Below the pieces are notes generated by a model. The model saw only the letters and a list, made by a program, of their open reading frames with translations. It had not been told where the DNA came from and ran no database searches. Shown here piece after piece: positions 8,957-18,417 of a stretch of 64,000 nucleotides of DNA (the stretch's first letter is position 1; each line of letters begins with the position of its first letter). The DNA is taken from assembly GCA_046349675.1 (NCBI GenBank), contig JAXMBW010000020.1, forward strand, positions 2,741 to 66,740, in the 5' to 3' direction. A program made the position numbers and the translations under genes. The stretch comes from Planctomycetaceae bacterium. Its GTDB lineage: Bacteria > Planctomycetota > Planctomycetia > Planctomycetales > Planctomycetaceae.

Positions 8957-10405
8957 ATGAGTTGCTTGTCTGACCTGTCCGTCCCCGTTGACCAACTGCA
9001 AACCCCCTCCGGGCGACGGGCATGGCTGCGTCAGCAGGGGATCGCTGCCCTCGGATGGGGACTCCTGGGACAACAGCTGCGACTGGCAAGTGCCGAGCCG
9101 TCGAAGGCTCCTCGACTCGCCGGGTTCGGGAACGCGAAGTCTGTCCTGATTATCTTTGCCAGTGGCGGCCAGAGTCAGATCGATACCTGGGACCCGAAAC
9201 CCGATGCTCCGCCCGAGATTCGTGGAGCCTTCAATTCCATCGCGACAGCGATCCCGAACGTTCGGTTTTGCGAGCACATGCCGCGGATCGCCCAGATCGC
9301 CGACAAGCTGTGCGTGGTCAGGAGCATGGCCCACGAGGATCTCGACCATGGGTCGTCGTTTCATCTCGCGATGACCGGGCGTTACCACCGCCGACGCAGC
9401 TCCAACGATCCGCCCGACCTCACCGATGCCCCATGCATGGGTGCTGTGTTGCAACGGGTGCAGTTGCCCTCCCGGTTTCCTCAGACAGCTGTGAATTTGA
9501 ATGGGCCTGCCGAGGTGCCGCTCGTGCTCGGACCGGGCCAGTTCGGGGGCTTCCTCGGGAAGAGTTACGACCCGCTCACTCTCGGGGATGTCAGTCGGGG
9601 AGATCTGGCGATTCCGTCCCTGGAGCCGCGACTTGATCTGCCCGTTTCGCGGATGCGGGCTCGTGAGTCGTTGCTGCGGTCGATTGAGCAGTCGATCCCG
9701 GAAAGCCAGCGTGATGTGCTGTGGACCGACAAACAGGCCCGCTACCGCGACGCCTTCGAGATGTTGTCGCAGGAGGACACAGCTCGCGCATTCGAGCTGC
9801 ACCGAGAGGCTCCGGAGCTGAGAGACCGTTACGGGCAGAACCGCTCGGGGCAGGCCTGCCTGCTGGGTCGGCGGCTGGTCGAGGCAGGTGTCCCGCTGGT
9901 GACGGTGATGTGGAATCACAACAACCGGGGGCAGGACATCGACCCGAACAGCAGCGACCTGTACGGCTGGGATAATCACAACGACATCTTTGAGGGCTTG
10001 CAGCATCGTCTGCTGCCGCGCTTTGACCAGAGCTTCTCAGCCTTGATTGAAGATATGGACCAGCGCGGGCTGCTCGATGAGACGCTGGTGATCGGGATGG
10101 GTGAGTTCGGCCGCGCCCCGCTCGTGGCTGTGGAACGAAACTTTGCGGGGATCAGCCCGGGTCGTAAGCACTGGAGCAGCGTCTACTCGATCGTCATGGC
10201 TGGGGCGGGAGTGTCGCGCGGAGCGGTGGTCGGAGCCTCGGATTCGCGCGGGGCTTACCCGCTGACCAACTCGTACGGCCCGTGGGATGTGACAGCTACG
10301 ATCTTCTCCGCTCTGGGCATCGACCCGGCGACCCACTACTTTGACCACTTCAGCCGTCCTTATACGATGAGCGAAGGAAAGGTCATGCAGGCGGTGTACG
10401 CGTGA
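8957..10405 (+). CDS. DUF1501 domain protein (sulfatase-fold, Tat-type leader)
   Basis: It has the GRRAWLRQQGIAALGWGLL twin-arginine leader. IIFASGGQSQIDTWDPKP and MGEFGRAP are typical DUF1501 blocks. The ORF opens at TTG 8951 and the first ATG is at 8957. Confidence 0.8.
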   Translation: MSCLSDLSVPVDQLQTPSGRRAWLRQQGIAALGWGLLGQQLRLASAEPSKAPRLAGFGNAKSVLIIFASGGQSQIDTWDPKPDAPPEIRGAFNSIATAIPNVRFCEHMPRIAQIADKLCVVRSMAHEDLDHGSSFHLAMTGRYHRRRSSNDPPDLTDAPCMGAVLQRVQLPSRFPQTAVNLNGPAEVPLVLGPGQFGGFLGKSYDPLTLGDVSRGDLAIPSLEPRLDLPVSRMRARESLLRSIEQSIPESQRDVLWTDKQARYRDAFEMLSQEDTARAFELHREAPELRDRYGQNRSGQACLLGRRLVEAGVPLVTVMWNHNNRGQDIDPNSSDLYGWDNHNDIFEGLQHRLLPRFDQSFSALIEDMDQRGLLDETLVIGMGEFGRAPLVAVERNFAGISPGRKHWSSVYSIVMAGAGVSRGAVVGASDSRGAYPLTNSYGPWDVTATIFSALGIDPATHYFDHFSRPYTMSEGKVMQAVYA

Positions 10406-10444
10406 GCTGGGCCTCGCCATAACAGTAATTGAGGAAGATGAGTT

Positions 10445-10587
10445 AACCACGAAATACACGAAGCACACGAAAGGGTCGGTGGATTCGATGGGGAGCTTAG
10501 AAGCACAGTCTCATTGCACAGGTACAAGACTGAAATAGCGATGTCTATACACCCTTCCTTTTCGTGTGCTTCGTGTCTTTCGTGGTT
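10445..10587. repeat. long imperfect inverted repeat (CACGAA-rich arms) between convergent stop codons
   Basis: The left arm 10445-10470 is the reverse complement of 10562-10587 (25 of 26 nt). Both arms extend with a 5-nt bulge to 10475 and 10552. The spacer is about 76 nt. Each arm holds three CACGAA units. Confidence 0.85.
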
Positions 10588-10601
10588 CAAAATTCTTCAA
10601 C

Positions 10602-12726
10602 CTACCCCAACCGACCGAACTGGCGGTCGAGTTCGTTCTTTGACAGCTTCAGCGAGGTCGGGCGGCCGTGGGGGCAGTGGTGGTGGTCGTCGCAGAGGTG
10701 ACGCTGTTCGAGCAGTGAGGCGATCTCTTCGGGGGAGAGACGCTGTCCCGCTTTAATCGCAGCCTTGCACGACATCATGTGCAGGAGGCTGTCGAGCAGG
10801 TCGCGGCGGGTGATCTTTTCGTCCTGGGAATCGATCTTGTCAATCACCGACTTGAGCAGATCGGCGGGGTCAGCCCGGCGGATCAGCGTGGGGATGCCGC
10901 TCAAGGCCACCGTGTTGCCACCGAACTCCTGGACCAGCAATCCCAACTCGGCCAGCAGCTCGGTGTTGTCGAGAGCGATCGAGACCTCGCGGGGAGTCAG
11001 CTCGACGGGGATCGGGACGAGCAACCGCTGAACCTCAGCTGTCTTGTTCAGAATCCGTTCGCGCAGCTGCTCGTACATGATGCGTTCATGCAGTGCGTGC
11101 TGGTCGATAATGTGGACGCCATCGGGGGTCTCAACGACCAGATAGCAGTCGTGGACCTGCATCGCCCGCACATCCCCAGCTGCGCTGGTGGAGGGCAGTT
11201 CGGTGGCTTTGGCGGTGGCTGTGAGAGTCGGCGCTGGAAGAGATGAGAGAACCCGGCTGGCGATGGCTCGGGACCACCGGGGAATGGGCGGAACGTCGAC
11301 TCGACTCCAGGCAGAATCGGATCGCGAGGCTTTGTGGGGCGAGGGACTGGCAGGCGGAGTGGATGACCGCTCCAGAACGTGGTTCACATCGCGGGAGATA
11401 TCGATCGAGGGAAACTCGGGCTCGGGTTCGCCCGAGTCCTCGGAGAACGGGAATGGGAGTCCGCCCGCAGGGCAAAGTTCGACTCGCGCGGGCGCAGGGC
11501 GGCCCTCCGCGGGTCTCCAGTCGGCCAGCTGGGACTGGGCCCAGTTCGACAGCTCTTCCTCGACCACCAGCTGGGGCGGGGGAGCGACAGCTGAGGTCGA
11601 CTCCTGCTCGTCGAAGTGCAGATCGTGAACCGGAGCCTGTTCGAGAGTGCTGCCGAGCGTCCCCCTTCTTCCCACCGCTCGGGATGAGCCGGTCGGTATT
11701 GAGGACTCCGCCGAGGTCCATGCCCAAAAACTTCGACCGGATCGCGGAGAGGATCAACCGGAAGAGTGCGCTGCTGTCGAGGAACCGCACCTCGCTCTTC
11801 GTCGGGTGGACGTTCACATCGAAGGACTCGGGCGAGGCCTCCAGAAACAAGAACGCGACCGGTTGCCGACCAACCATCAACAGCCCACGGTAAGCCTCGT
11901 TGACAGCATGCTGCAGCGACCGGTCCTGAATCCAGCGACCATTGAGAAACAGGTACTGATGCTTGCGAGTGGTGCGCGATTGTTTCGGATGCCCGACGAA
12001 GCCCCACACGCGATTGCCATCGCGATGCATCTCAATCGGGATCAGGTCTTTCGCCAGCTCACCTCCGTAGAACAGCTCCAGCCGTTCGAGCAGCCGCTGC
12101 GTGGCGGGCAGTTCGTAGACGGTGCGGTCGTTGTGCTTGAGGGCGAGGTGCAGGTTGGGGTTCGCCAAGGCGATGCGGGTGAACTGTTCGGAGATATGGC
12201 CGAACTCAGTCGAAGGGTTCTTAAGGAACTTGCGGCGGACGGGGGTCGTGTAGAACAGCTCACGGACCTCGATCGAGGTACCGACCGGACAGCCGCAGGG
12301 GACGACAGGTTGAGCCTCGCCGCCGTCGACGACCAGCTCCGAGCCGAGGTCGGAATCGGGTTGGCGGGAGCGGATTCGCAGCTTCGAGATTTCGGCGATC
12401 GAGGCGAGAGCTTCGCCGCGAAAACCCATCGACCGGACGTGGAACAGGTCGTCAGCACTCCGCAGCTTGCTGGTCGCGTGCGGGGCGATTGCCAGTGGCA
12501 GGTCGTCGGGATGGATTCCTTCGCCGTCGTCGACGATACGGATCAGGTCAGCTCCGCCGCGCTGGATCTCGATTTCGATGTGCGTGGCCAAGGCATCGAT
12601 CGAGTTTTCCAGCAGCTCCTTGATGACACTCGCCGGACGCTCGATCACCTCTCCAGCTGCGATCTTATTGATCACGCTGTCGGAAAGCTGTTGGATTCGG
12701 GGGGCCTGATCCGTGGTGGCCGACAT
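10602..12726 (-). pseudogene. mutL: DNA mismatch repair endonuclease MutL, interrupted by a 1-nt frameshift in the linker
   Basis: The N-terminal frame (ATG 12726) carries [27 protein letters not shown]. The C-terminal frame (ending at 10602) carries DQHALHERIMYE, SCKAAIKAG and CPHGRPT. The two frames differ by one nt and swap at the G5 run (C5 on plus strand, 11661-11665). Confidence 0.85.
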
Positions 12727-12977
12727 GGCATCCGTTCCGCGAATGGGGGTGAGTGAGAGCCGTGGAAAGTGTACTCGTGAGGGGGGCAAAGGGGGAGAGT
12801 GCTCCCGGGTCACACGTTCGGGCCATCTGCCCGGGGGTGCGGGCCGAATTTCGGGTCGCGGGGGGCAGCTGCGGCCCGAAACCCAGGAAAAACCGGCGAG
12901 AATCGCCAGCTTGGGCCCGGTTTCAAGAACTCACTTGGCAGAGATCGCCTCCCCGCATAAACTTCGGTTTCACAGCC

Positions 12978-13049
12978 TGCCTGGTAGTGTAACGGTTAGC
13001 ACTAGTGATTCTGAATCACTCAGTCGGGGTTCGAATCCCTGCCGGGCAA
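12978..13049 (+). tRNA. tRNA-Gln (anticodon CTG)
   Basis: I folded the cloverleaf by hand. The acceptor stem is TGCCTGG/CCGGGCA (U1-A72, as in bacterial tRNA-Gln). The D stem is GTGT/GCAC. The anticodon stem is AGTGA/TCACT with loop TTCTGAA. The T arm is CGGGG-TTCGAAT-CCCTG. No CCA is encoded. Confidence 0.9.
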
Positions 13050-13149
13050 CTTTTTTCTTTTGGGTATGTGATACGGCTCGGGTAATTCCCTGCGATCAGC
13101 TCTCACGGAGACGAGATGTCCGCTCCACTGGGACGCCTTGGCTTCCCAA

Positions 13150-14307
13150 TCAATTGCGATAAATCTGAAATCGCCCTCGCCGGAATGTCGGGGGATTGAG
13201 CAACGACTCGGCCTCGGGAGGTGGGGGTGGCGTCGGAAAGCTACGAACTTCCCACGGCAGACCGATTACGGTGACCAGCATCGGCTCCTGGCCCGCGTAT
13301 CGTTCCACCAACATTTCGATCGCTTGATAAGCGTGCTTGGATTTCAAGACCTCGACCAGATTTTCAAAGCCGTTGATGTCTTCGCCATCGACCGTGAGAA
13401 TTCGGTCATTGATCTGCAGCCCGGCAATATGCGCCGGCGAATCGACTTGAATGCTAATCACCGGACACCCCGGGCGATTGTCGAAGGCGACCGCATTTCC
13501 CACGACTCCGATGAAGATCTCGGACCGTTCACTGACATCGAGCCCCGGGAATCCCAAACGCATGGCCAGTATTTCGGCATCCGTCAGATGGAGGCTGCGA
13601 ACGTGAAAGACCCCCATGACCGGCAAGTGCGACAACCTCCGGATTTGCCACAGATCCGCAGAGGTCCCCTTCCAGCTGCGGGGCAGGATGACATTGGCGA
13701 TCCGTTGACTTGACCGGACAGGTTCGGCATCGAGCTTTGCCCGTAGCTCCCGATCGTTGTCATCCCGATCATACTGGATCACAGCGTTCAGCCTTCGCAG
13801 CGACCGCGTCGCCCGCTCCTCGCGGAGGCGGGAATGGCTGTGCAGGATTCTTTTCACGGCCGCTTGATGCGGACTGAACGACAGGCTGATCTCTTCAAGC
13901 TTTTGCTCCAGATCGTCGGCCTGTGGCAGCGGCGTTTGCAGCCAGATCTGCTCCAGGGCGAGGAGGATGCGTTCGCCCATTTCGCCCGAGACTTGATGCA
14001 GAACCACCACCAACGGTTCGAACGCGCTGGCCCCCATCGCCACCAGGCGGTTGAAGGCCTGCTGCCGGATGCCAAACTCTTCGGACTGAAGTTCCTCCAC
14101 CGCAGAAACGATCTCGGGAGGAATCACCACGGATGGGGTTTCTCCCTCCGACTCGGCATTCGGAGGCGACGCCGGCTCCGAACCCGGGGTCATTGGAACC
14201 GCAGTGGGAGAGGGCTCGGCGGGGGGAGGTGACTCCGCTTTCAGCAGCGGTCCAGTCCCCAGCAACAGCCCACACACAATCACCAGACACAGCGGGGGGA
14301 CAAACAT
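13150..14307 (-). CDS. secreted PDZ domain protein
   Basis: It has an N-terminal hydrophobic signal (MFVPPLCLVIVCGLLLG) and a Pro-rich linker. The C-terminal PDZ-like block is VISIQVDSPAHIAGLQINDRILTVDGEDI. Confidence 0.7.
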   Translation of the reverse strand: MFVPPLCLVIVCGLLLGTGPLLKAESPPPAEPSPTAVPMTPGSEPASPPNAESEGETPSVVIPPEIVSAVEELQSEEFGIRQQAFNRLVAMGASAFEPLVVVLHQVSGEMGERILLALEQIWLQTPLPQADDLEQKLEEISLSFSPHQAAVKRILHSHSRLREERATRSLRRLNAVIQYDRDDNDRELRAKLDAEPVRSSQRIANVILPRSWKGTSADLWQIRRLSHLPVMGVFHVRSLHLTDAEILAMRLGFPGLDVSERSEIFIGVVGNAVAFDNRPGCPVISIQVDSPAHIAGLQINDRILTVDGEDINGFENLVEVLKSKHAYQAIEMLVERYAGQEPMLVTVIGLPWEVRSFPTPPPPPEAESLLNPPTFRRGRFQIYRN

Positions 14308-14465
14308 CCCTGGCCCGACACACCGGGGCGACGTTTCAGACTCCAGATGGATGGCTCGCGTGTCCAGAGATCTCTCCCTTCAGCTGCGGAACCGACAAAC
14401 TCTCAGTCAGCTTGCACCGAGAACCGTGGGGAATACGCCACGGGGCGGGGCTTCTCTTTCGCGGG

Positions 14466-15068
14466 TTACTTGGCGGGTTCAGCGGGCTTCGCTTCTTCCG
14501 CGGGTTTCGCGGGCTCAGCGGGTTTGGTCTCCAGACCACCGATCACCTGCAGTTCGGGCATGGCGGCTTTCAGAGCAGCGATCCCTTCTGGGGTGACTTT
14601 CGACTCGAACACAAACACTCGCTTGAGCTTCTTCAACCCGTGCAGCTGGGCGAGTCCGGCGTCGGAGACCTGGGTTCCGTAGAGATTCAGGTAGGTCAGG
14701 TTCTCCAGCCCGGCAAGGTGGGCGAGTCCCGCATCGGTGATCGCGGTCTTTTCGAGGTGGAGACGCTCCAGCGTCTTCATATCCTTGATGGAGGCCAGAC
14801 CGGCGTCGGTGATTTTCGTCCGGGCCAGATTCAGCCAGACGACATTGGCCAGCTTGCCGACCGAGACCAGGGCCTGATCGTTGACCTCCTTGTCGGCCAG
14901 GTGCAGCGTCACATCGAGACGGGGATCGTTCTGGGCGATCGCCATCACGTTACCGCCCAGCGCTTTGATCGCTGCCACAGCTTCCGGATTGGGAGGCGTC
15001 GCCGCATCCTCTGCACGCACAGCTGTCGCAAACAGTGCCAGACAGAGCATGTATTGCATGAGCTTCAT
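14466..15068 (-). CDS. secreted leucine-rich repeat protein
   Basis: ATG 15068 gives MKLMQYMLCLALFATAVRAED, a signal peptide. It has reiterated L-x-L-x-x-T-x-I/V-T/S-D-A-G-L units and a PAEPAK low-complexity tail. The ORF is open to 15311, but that upstream part looks non-coding. Confidence 0.75.
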   Translation of the reverse strand: MKLMQYMLCLALFATAVRAEDAATPPNPEAVAAIKALGGNVMAIAQNDPRLDVTLHLADKEVNDQALVSVGKLANVVWLNLARTKITDAGLASIKDMKTLERLHLEKTAITDAGLAHLAGLENLTYLNLYGTQVSDAGLAQLHGLKKLKRVFVFESKVTPEGIAALKAAMPELQVIGGLETKPAEPAKPAEEAKPAEPAK

Positions 15069-15450
15069 CGCTAACTCTCCAAGATGTTGAACTGCATGCT
15101 CCGGCGGTCCATTGTCTCGCCGAATGGTGTTCCCACAGTATAGCAGACGAGTCGCCCGGCGGGGAAAGCGTCGAGGGGGCCAGCGAGGATTCGCGACTCG
15201 ATCAAACTTTCTCGTGGTGATGACGGTTATGTTTTTGCAGTGGCCTGCGAGGTCGCGCCCTCCCGGTGTCCAGGCTGCCCATAAACCGATCCTCACTTTC
15301 CGTGCCCCCATCTTGAAATCCGAGCGTGAGTTCGGCGACTTCGACCGAACCGGCGTGTCGCGCGAATCGCCCCGTTGACGCTGCGAACCGTTATCGGATA
15401 CATAACCGCCAAACGTAGGAATTCGGCGTGCTCACACGCTTCGCGGGGAA

Positions 15451-16311
15451 TTGTCTGCTGTGGCCATGAAACCTTTGGATGTCTCTCGTTTTCATCAGGA
15501 CGAGGAGTTCTCGAAACTCCTCGTCGGGCGTCGAGACGTCGATCTGGTCACCGCCGCCCTCGAAATCGCTCGTGATGCCGACCCTGAACTCAGCTTCCAG
15601 CCGACTCGCGATTGGATTCAGCAACGCGCCGATCAGCTGACGTTGAAAATCGCCAGCTGTGCCGATGAGCGCGAGATGCTGGAGCAGCTCGTTCAGTGCC
15701 TGTCGGGTGAGTACGGTCTGCGGGGTGACGACGATTGCTTCTCCCGGGCCGAGAGCAGCTTCCTGCCGCAGGTCATCGCGACTCGTCGCGGCCTGCCGAT
15801 CACGTTGTCGCTGTTGTACTGTGCTGTCGCGGAACGACTCGGCATCGCTCTCCAGCTGGCACCGGCTCCGCAGCATGTCGTTTGCCGTTTGAAGACCGAC
15901 CGCGCGGTGTTGTACGTCGATCCGTTCACTGAGGGACGCGTCCTGTCCGAAGCGGAGTGCCTGGCGTGGCTCAGTGTGCGTACGCAAATCGCCCCCGAGG
16001 TCCTGCTCCCCACCTTGAAACCCGCAGCTCCCCGCGTGGTGGTCGAGCGGATGTTGCTCAACCTCAAGAATCTCTACGTCAAGCAGTCGAACTGGGCGGC
16101 ACTGTGGCCCGTGCAGTATCGCCTGACCGCATTGAACCCAACTTCGGTCGAGGCCTGTCGCGATCTAGGCATCATCGCAGCACATGCCGGGCGGCACGGA
16201 GTTGCGGTCACGTTGCTCCGAGAATGTGTCCCCCAGCTGAGCGAGCCCGACAAGACGGTGGTCATGCAGCAGATCGCCGATTCCGCCCGCAAGCTGGCGC
16301 AATGGAACTGA
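15451..16311 (+). CDS. transglutaminase-like/TPR protein (SirB1/YchA family)
   Basis: 286 aa. The RRGLPITLSLLYCAVAERLGI ... HVVCRL block is typical of the SirB1 N-terminal domain, followed by a TPR-like C-terminus. Confidence 0.6.
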   Translation: MSAVAMKPLDVSRFHQDEEFSKLLVGRRDVDLVTAALEIARDADPELSFQPTRDWIQQRADQLTLKIASCADEREMLEQLVQCLSGEYGLRGDDDCFSRAESSFLPQVIATRRGLPITLSLLYCAVAERLGIALQLAPAPQHVVCRLKTDRAVLYVDPFTEGRVLSEAECLAWLSVRTQIAPEVLLPTLKPAAPRVVVERMLLNLKNLYVKQSNWAALWPVQYRLTALNPTSVEACRDLGIIAAHAGRHGVAVTLLRECVPQLSEPDKTVVMQQIADSARKLAQWN

Positions 16312-16362
16312 GGGGGCGGAGGCTTCTGAAGCCGTTCCCAGTTCTGTCTTCATGAGCAAAAT

Positions 16363-16423
16363 GAACAGACAGGAATGTCTGTTCCACAGAACTCCACAGT
16401 GGGACACACATTCCTGTCTGTCC
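16363..16423. repeat. REP-like palindromic element, two hairpins in inverted orientation
   Basis: Hairpin 1 is GAACAGAC-AGGAAT-GTCTGTTC (16363-16384). Hairpin 2 is GGACACAC-ATTCCT-GTCTGTCC (16402-16423). The whole 61-nt unit resembles the reverse complement of 45594-45654. Confidence 0.85.
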
Positions 16424-16473
16424 GATCCGAATGCCAGCTCCGAACACGCTCTATCTGTCACCTGAGGTCGATC

Positions 16474-17466
16474 GTGAAAGACTCGGAGACGGCATCACTT
16501 CACGCTCCTCAGCTGGTCTCGCCCGCTCGCCGGGTTGAGAATCTCGTTGCGAGGTTGCTCTGCGTCGGCGTCCTTGTCGGAACGTTGATTCGCTGGCTGG
16601 GGCGCTGGCACTGGCTATGCGAGCTCACGACGCATTTTATCGTCCAGGCGACTGTTCTGGCTGCAATTGCCACGCTGTTGCTGGCCCTCCGTCGTCACTG
16701 GAAACTGGCGGGAATTACTGCCTGTTTAACACTCATCAACGCAGCGGAGTGGGTGCCATTCTTCTTGCCCGCGAGTCAGCCCGCAGTCACGTCCACGACC
16801 GGAGAACGCCTCGTCGTCGTCACGGCCAACGTCTATTCGCGAAATCGTCAGTCCGAAGACTTGTACCGCTGGCTGAAGTCGAGTCAGGCTGATGTCGTAT
16901 TCATCAGCGAGGTCGATCCCTGGTGGGCGGGGCAAATTGAGTCTTGGAAAGCGGACTGGCCGCACCAGACCGTGCTCCCACGGCCTGATAACTTCGGCCT
17001 CGCACTGATCAGCCGGCACCCCTTTGCTCAATCGGAAATAGTTTACCTTTCGAGTCTGATTCCAGCTGTCGAGTGCCAGCTCGAAACCCCGATCGGTCGC
17101 TGGTCGGTCGTCGGGCTCCATCCCCTGCCACCTGCGGGAGGAGAATACTCCCGGCTGCGAAATGAGTACTTGATCGACGCGGCGAAACACATCCAGAAAA
17201 TCCCCGCACCGAGAATCGTTCTGGGCGACCTGAACAGTTCGTCTTCGTCCCCCGTCTTCCGGGATCTGTTATCGACGACGGGGCTCAAGGACACTCGCCA
17301 AGGATTTGGCTGGCAGCCCACCTGGCCCGCGGGAAATCGCGTGTTGCAGATCCCGATCGACCACTGTCTGGTGGAGCCGAGTCTGCACGTGCTGTCTCGC
17401 GAAGTGGGCCCGGACATCGGTTCGGACCACCTGCCGGTGCGTTGCCAGCTGGGCCGCAGCCCCTGA
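16474..17466 (+). CDS. membrane-anchored endonuclease/exonuclease/phosphatase (EEP) family protein
   Basis: It ends in GSDHLPV, and the VVFISEV and LGDLN blocks are present. The ORF is open from 16375, but that part reads through the REP element. In-frame GTG 16474 has a GAGG 6 nt upstream. Confidence 0.7.
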   Translation: MKDSETASLHAPQLVSPARRVENLVARLLCVGVLVGTLIRWLGRWHWLCELTTHFIVQATVLAAIATLLLALRRHWKLAGITACLTLINAAEWVPFFLPASQPAVTSTTGERLVVVTANVYSRNRQSEDLYRWLKSSQADVVFISEVDPWWAGQIESWKADWPHQTVLPRPDNFGLALISRHPFAQSEIVYLSSLIPAVECQLETPIGRWSVVGLHPLPPAGGEYSRLRNEYLIDAAKHIQKIPAPRIVLGDLNSSSSSPVFRDLLSTTGLKDTRQGFGWQPTWPAGNRVLQIPIDHCLVEPSLHVLSREVGPDIGSDHLPVRCQLGRSP

Positions 17467-17586
17467 CCGCCCCAGAACCGGCAACGACCGCCGCTGACAG
17501 ACGGGTGAACCGCCTCCCGCCAAACCGGACTTCACCCGGCACTCGCGATTGAGTTAAAACCCCGCGTTCCAGTCAGGGAGGACGGG

Positions 17587-18318
17587 ATGGCCGCCTTTCG
17601 CGAGCATGTCATTTTCAGCAGCGGGCTCGGCGTCGTTTACGGCGTCTCGGCCTGGTACGGCTTGGGGTTCACCCCGGTCCAGGCGGCGCTGTCAGCTGTC
17701 ATGACGGGCGTTGCCGGAATGCTGCCCGATCTGGACCTCGACCATGGTCGTCCCGCACAGGAGTTGTTCGGCCTGCTGGCGGGGGTGGCTCCGCTTCTGC
17801 TGGTCGGACGTGTGCTGCAATGGCTGCATCTCCCACACGACCGCGAGATGGTCATGCTGGGTATGGTCGTTCTCTACGTACTGATCCGTTACGTGCTCTC
17901 GCGGGTGATCCCGTACCTCAGCGTTCATCGCGGGATGTTTCACAGCATTCCTGCACTGCTGATTGCCGCTGAGTTGGCATACCTGACCTATCCGACCGAT
18001 GTGATTCGGGTGAAGCTGCTGGTCGCTGCGGGCGTGGCGCTTGGTTTTTTCTCACACCTGCTGCTGGATGAGATCTACAGCGTGGAGTTGAGCGGGGTCA
18101 AAGTCGGGCTGAAGAAATCCTCAGGGACCGCTCTCAAGATGTTTGGCGAGGCATTCTTTCCCAACGTCTTCACGTTTGCCTTGGCGGGGACGCTGACTTA
18201 CGCCTCGCTGATGGACGCGGGGCTGATCCGAGACACCTCTCAGGAAGTCGTCCCCGTCCCAGCCCGCCAATCGGTCCTGCAGCAGGCCGAAGAACCGGCC
18301 AACGAAGAGCTCCGGTAA
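17587..18318 (+). CDS. membrane-bound metal-dependent hydrolase, YdjM/DUF457-like
   Basis: 243-aa polytopic protein. It has a GMLPDLDLDHG motif and later FHS and HLLLD motifs. Confidence 0.6.
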   Translation: MAAFREHVIFSSGLGVVYGVSAWYGLGFTPVQAALSAVMTGVAGMLPDLDLDHGRPAQELFGLLAGVAPLLLVGRVLQWLHLPHDREMVMLGMVVLYVLIRYVLSRVIPYLSVHRGMFHSIPALLIAAELAYLTYPTDVIRVKLLVAAGVALGFFSHLLLDEIYSVELSGVKVGLKKSSGTALKMFGEAFFPNVFTFALAGTLTYASLMDAGLIRDTSQEVVPVPARQSVLQQAEEPANEELR

Positions 18319-18417
18319 GCCGAACGCTGCGGGCCGCCTCGCTCAGGCGACCGTGTCACGATCCCACGCCACTCAGCGGCTTGCGGCACAACAAAACAAG
18401 CGGCCGCTGATTTCTCA

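Noticed and set aside
8939-10006. 355-aa minus-strand ORF
   Set aside because: It is antisense to the DUF1501 gene and is a shadow ORF.
10360-10756. ORFs 10360-10590, 10514-10756 and 10037-10468, encoding NHERHEAHEKE or FSCASCLSWF type peptides
   Set aside because: They read through the CACGAA-rich inverted repeat between two convergent genes and are artefactual.
11647-12756. 369-aa plus-strand ORF
   Set aside because: It is antisense to the mutL ATPase domain, whose motifs are unambiguous on the minus strand.
12727-13150. tRNA-Gln as a possible genomic-island integration site
   Set aside because: No integrase, no direct repeat of the tRNA 3' end and no obvious foreign gene block were seen on either side.
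12713-13162. 149-aa plus-strand ORF
   Set aside because: It runs straight through the tRNA-Gln gene and the mutL upstream region.
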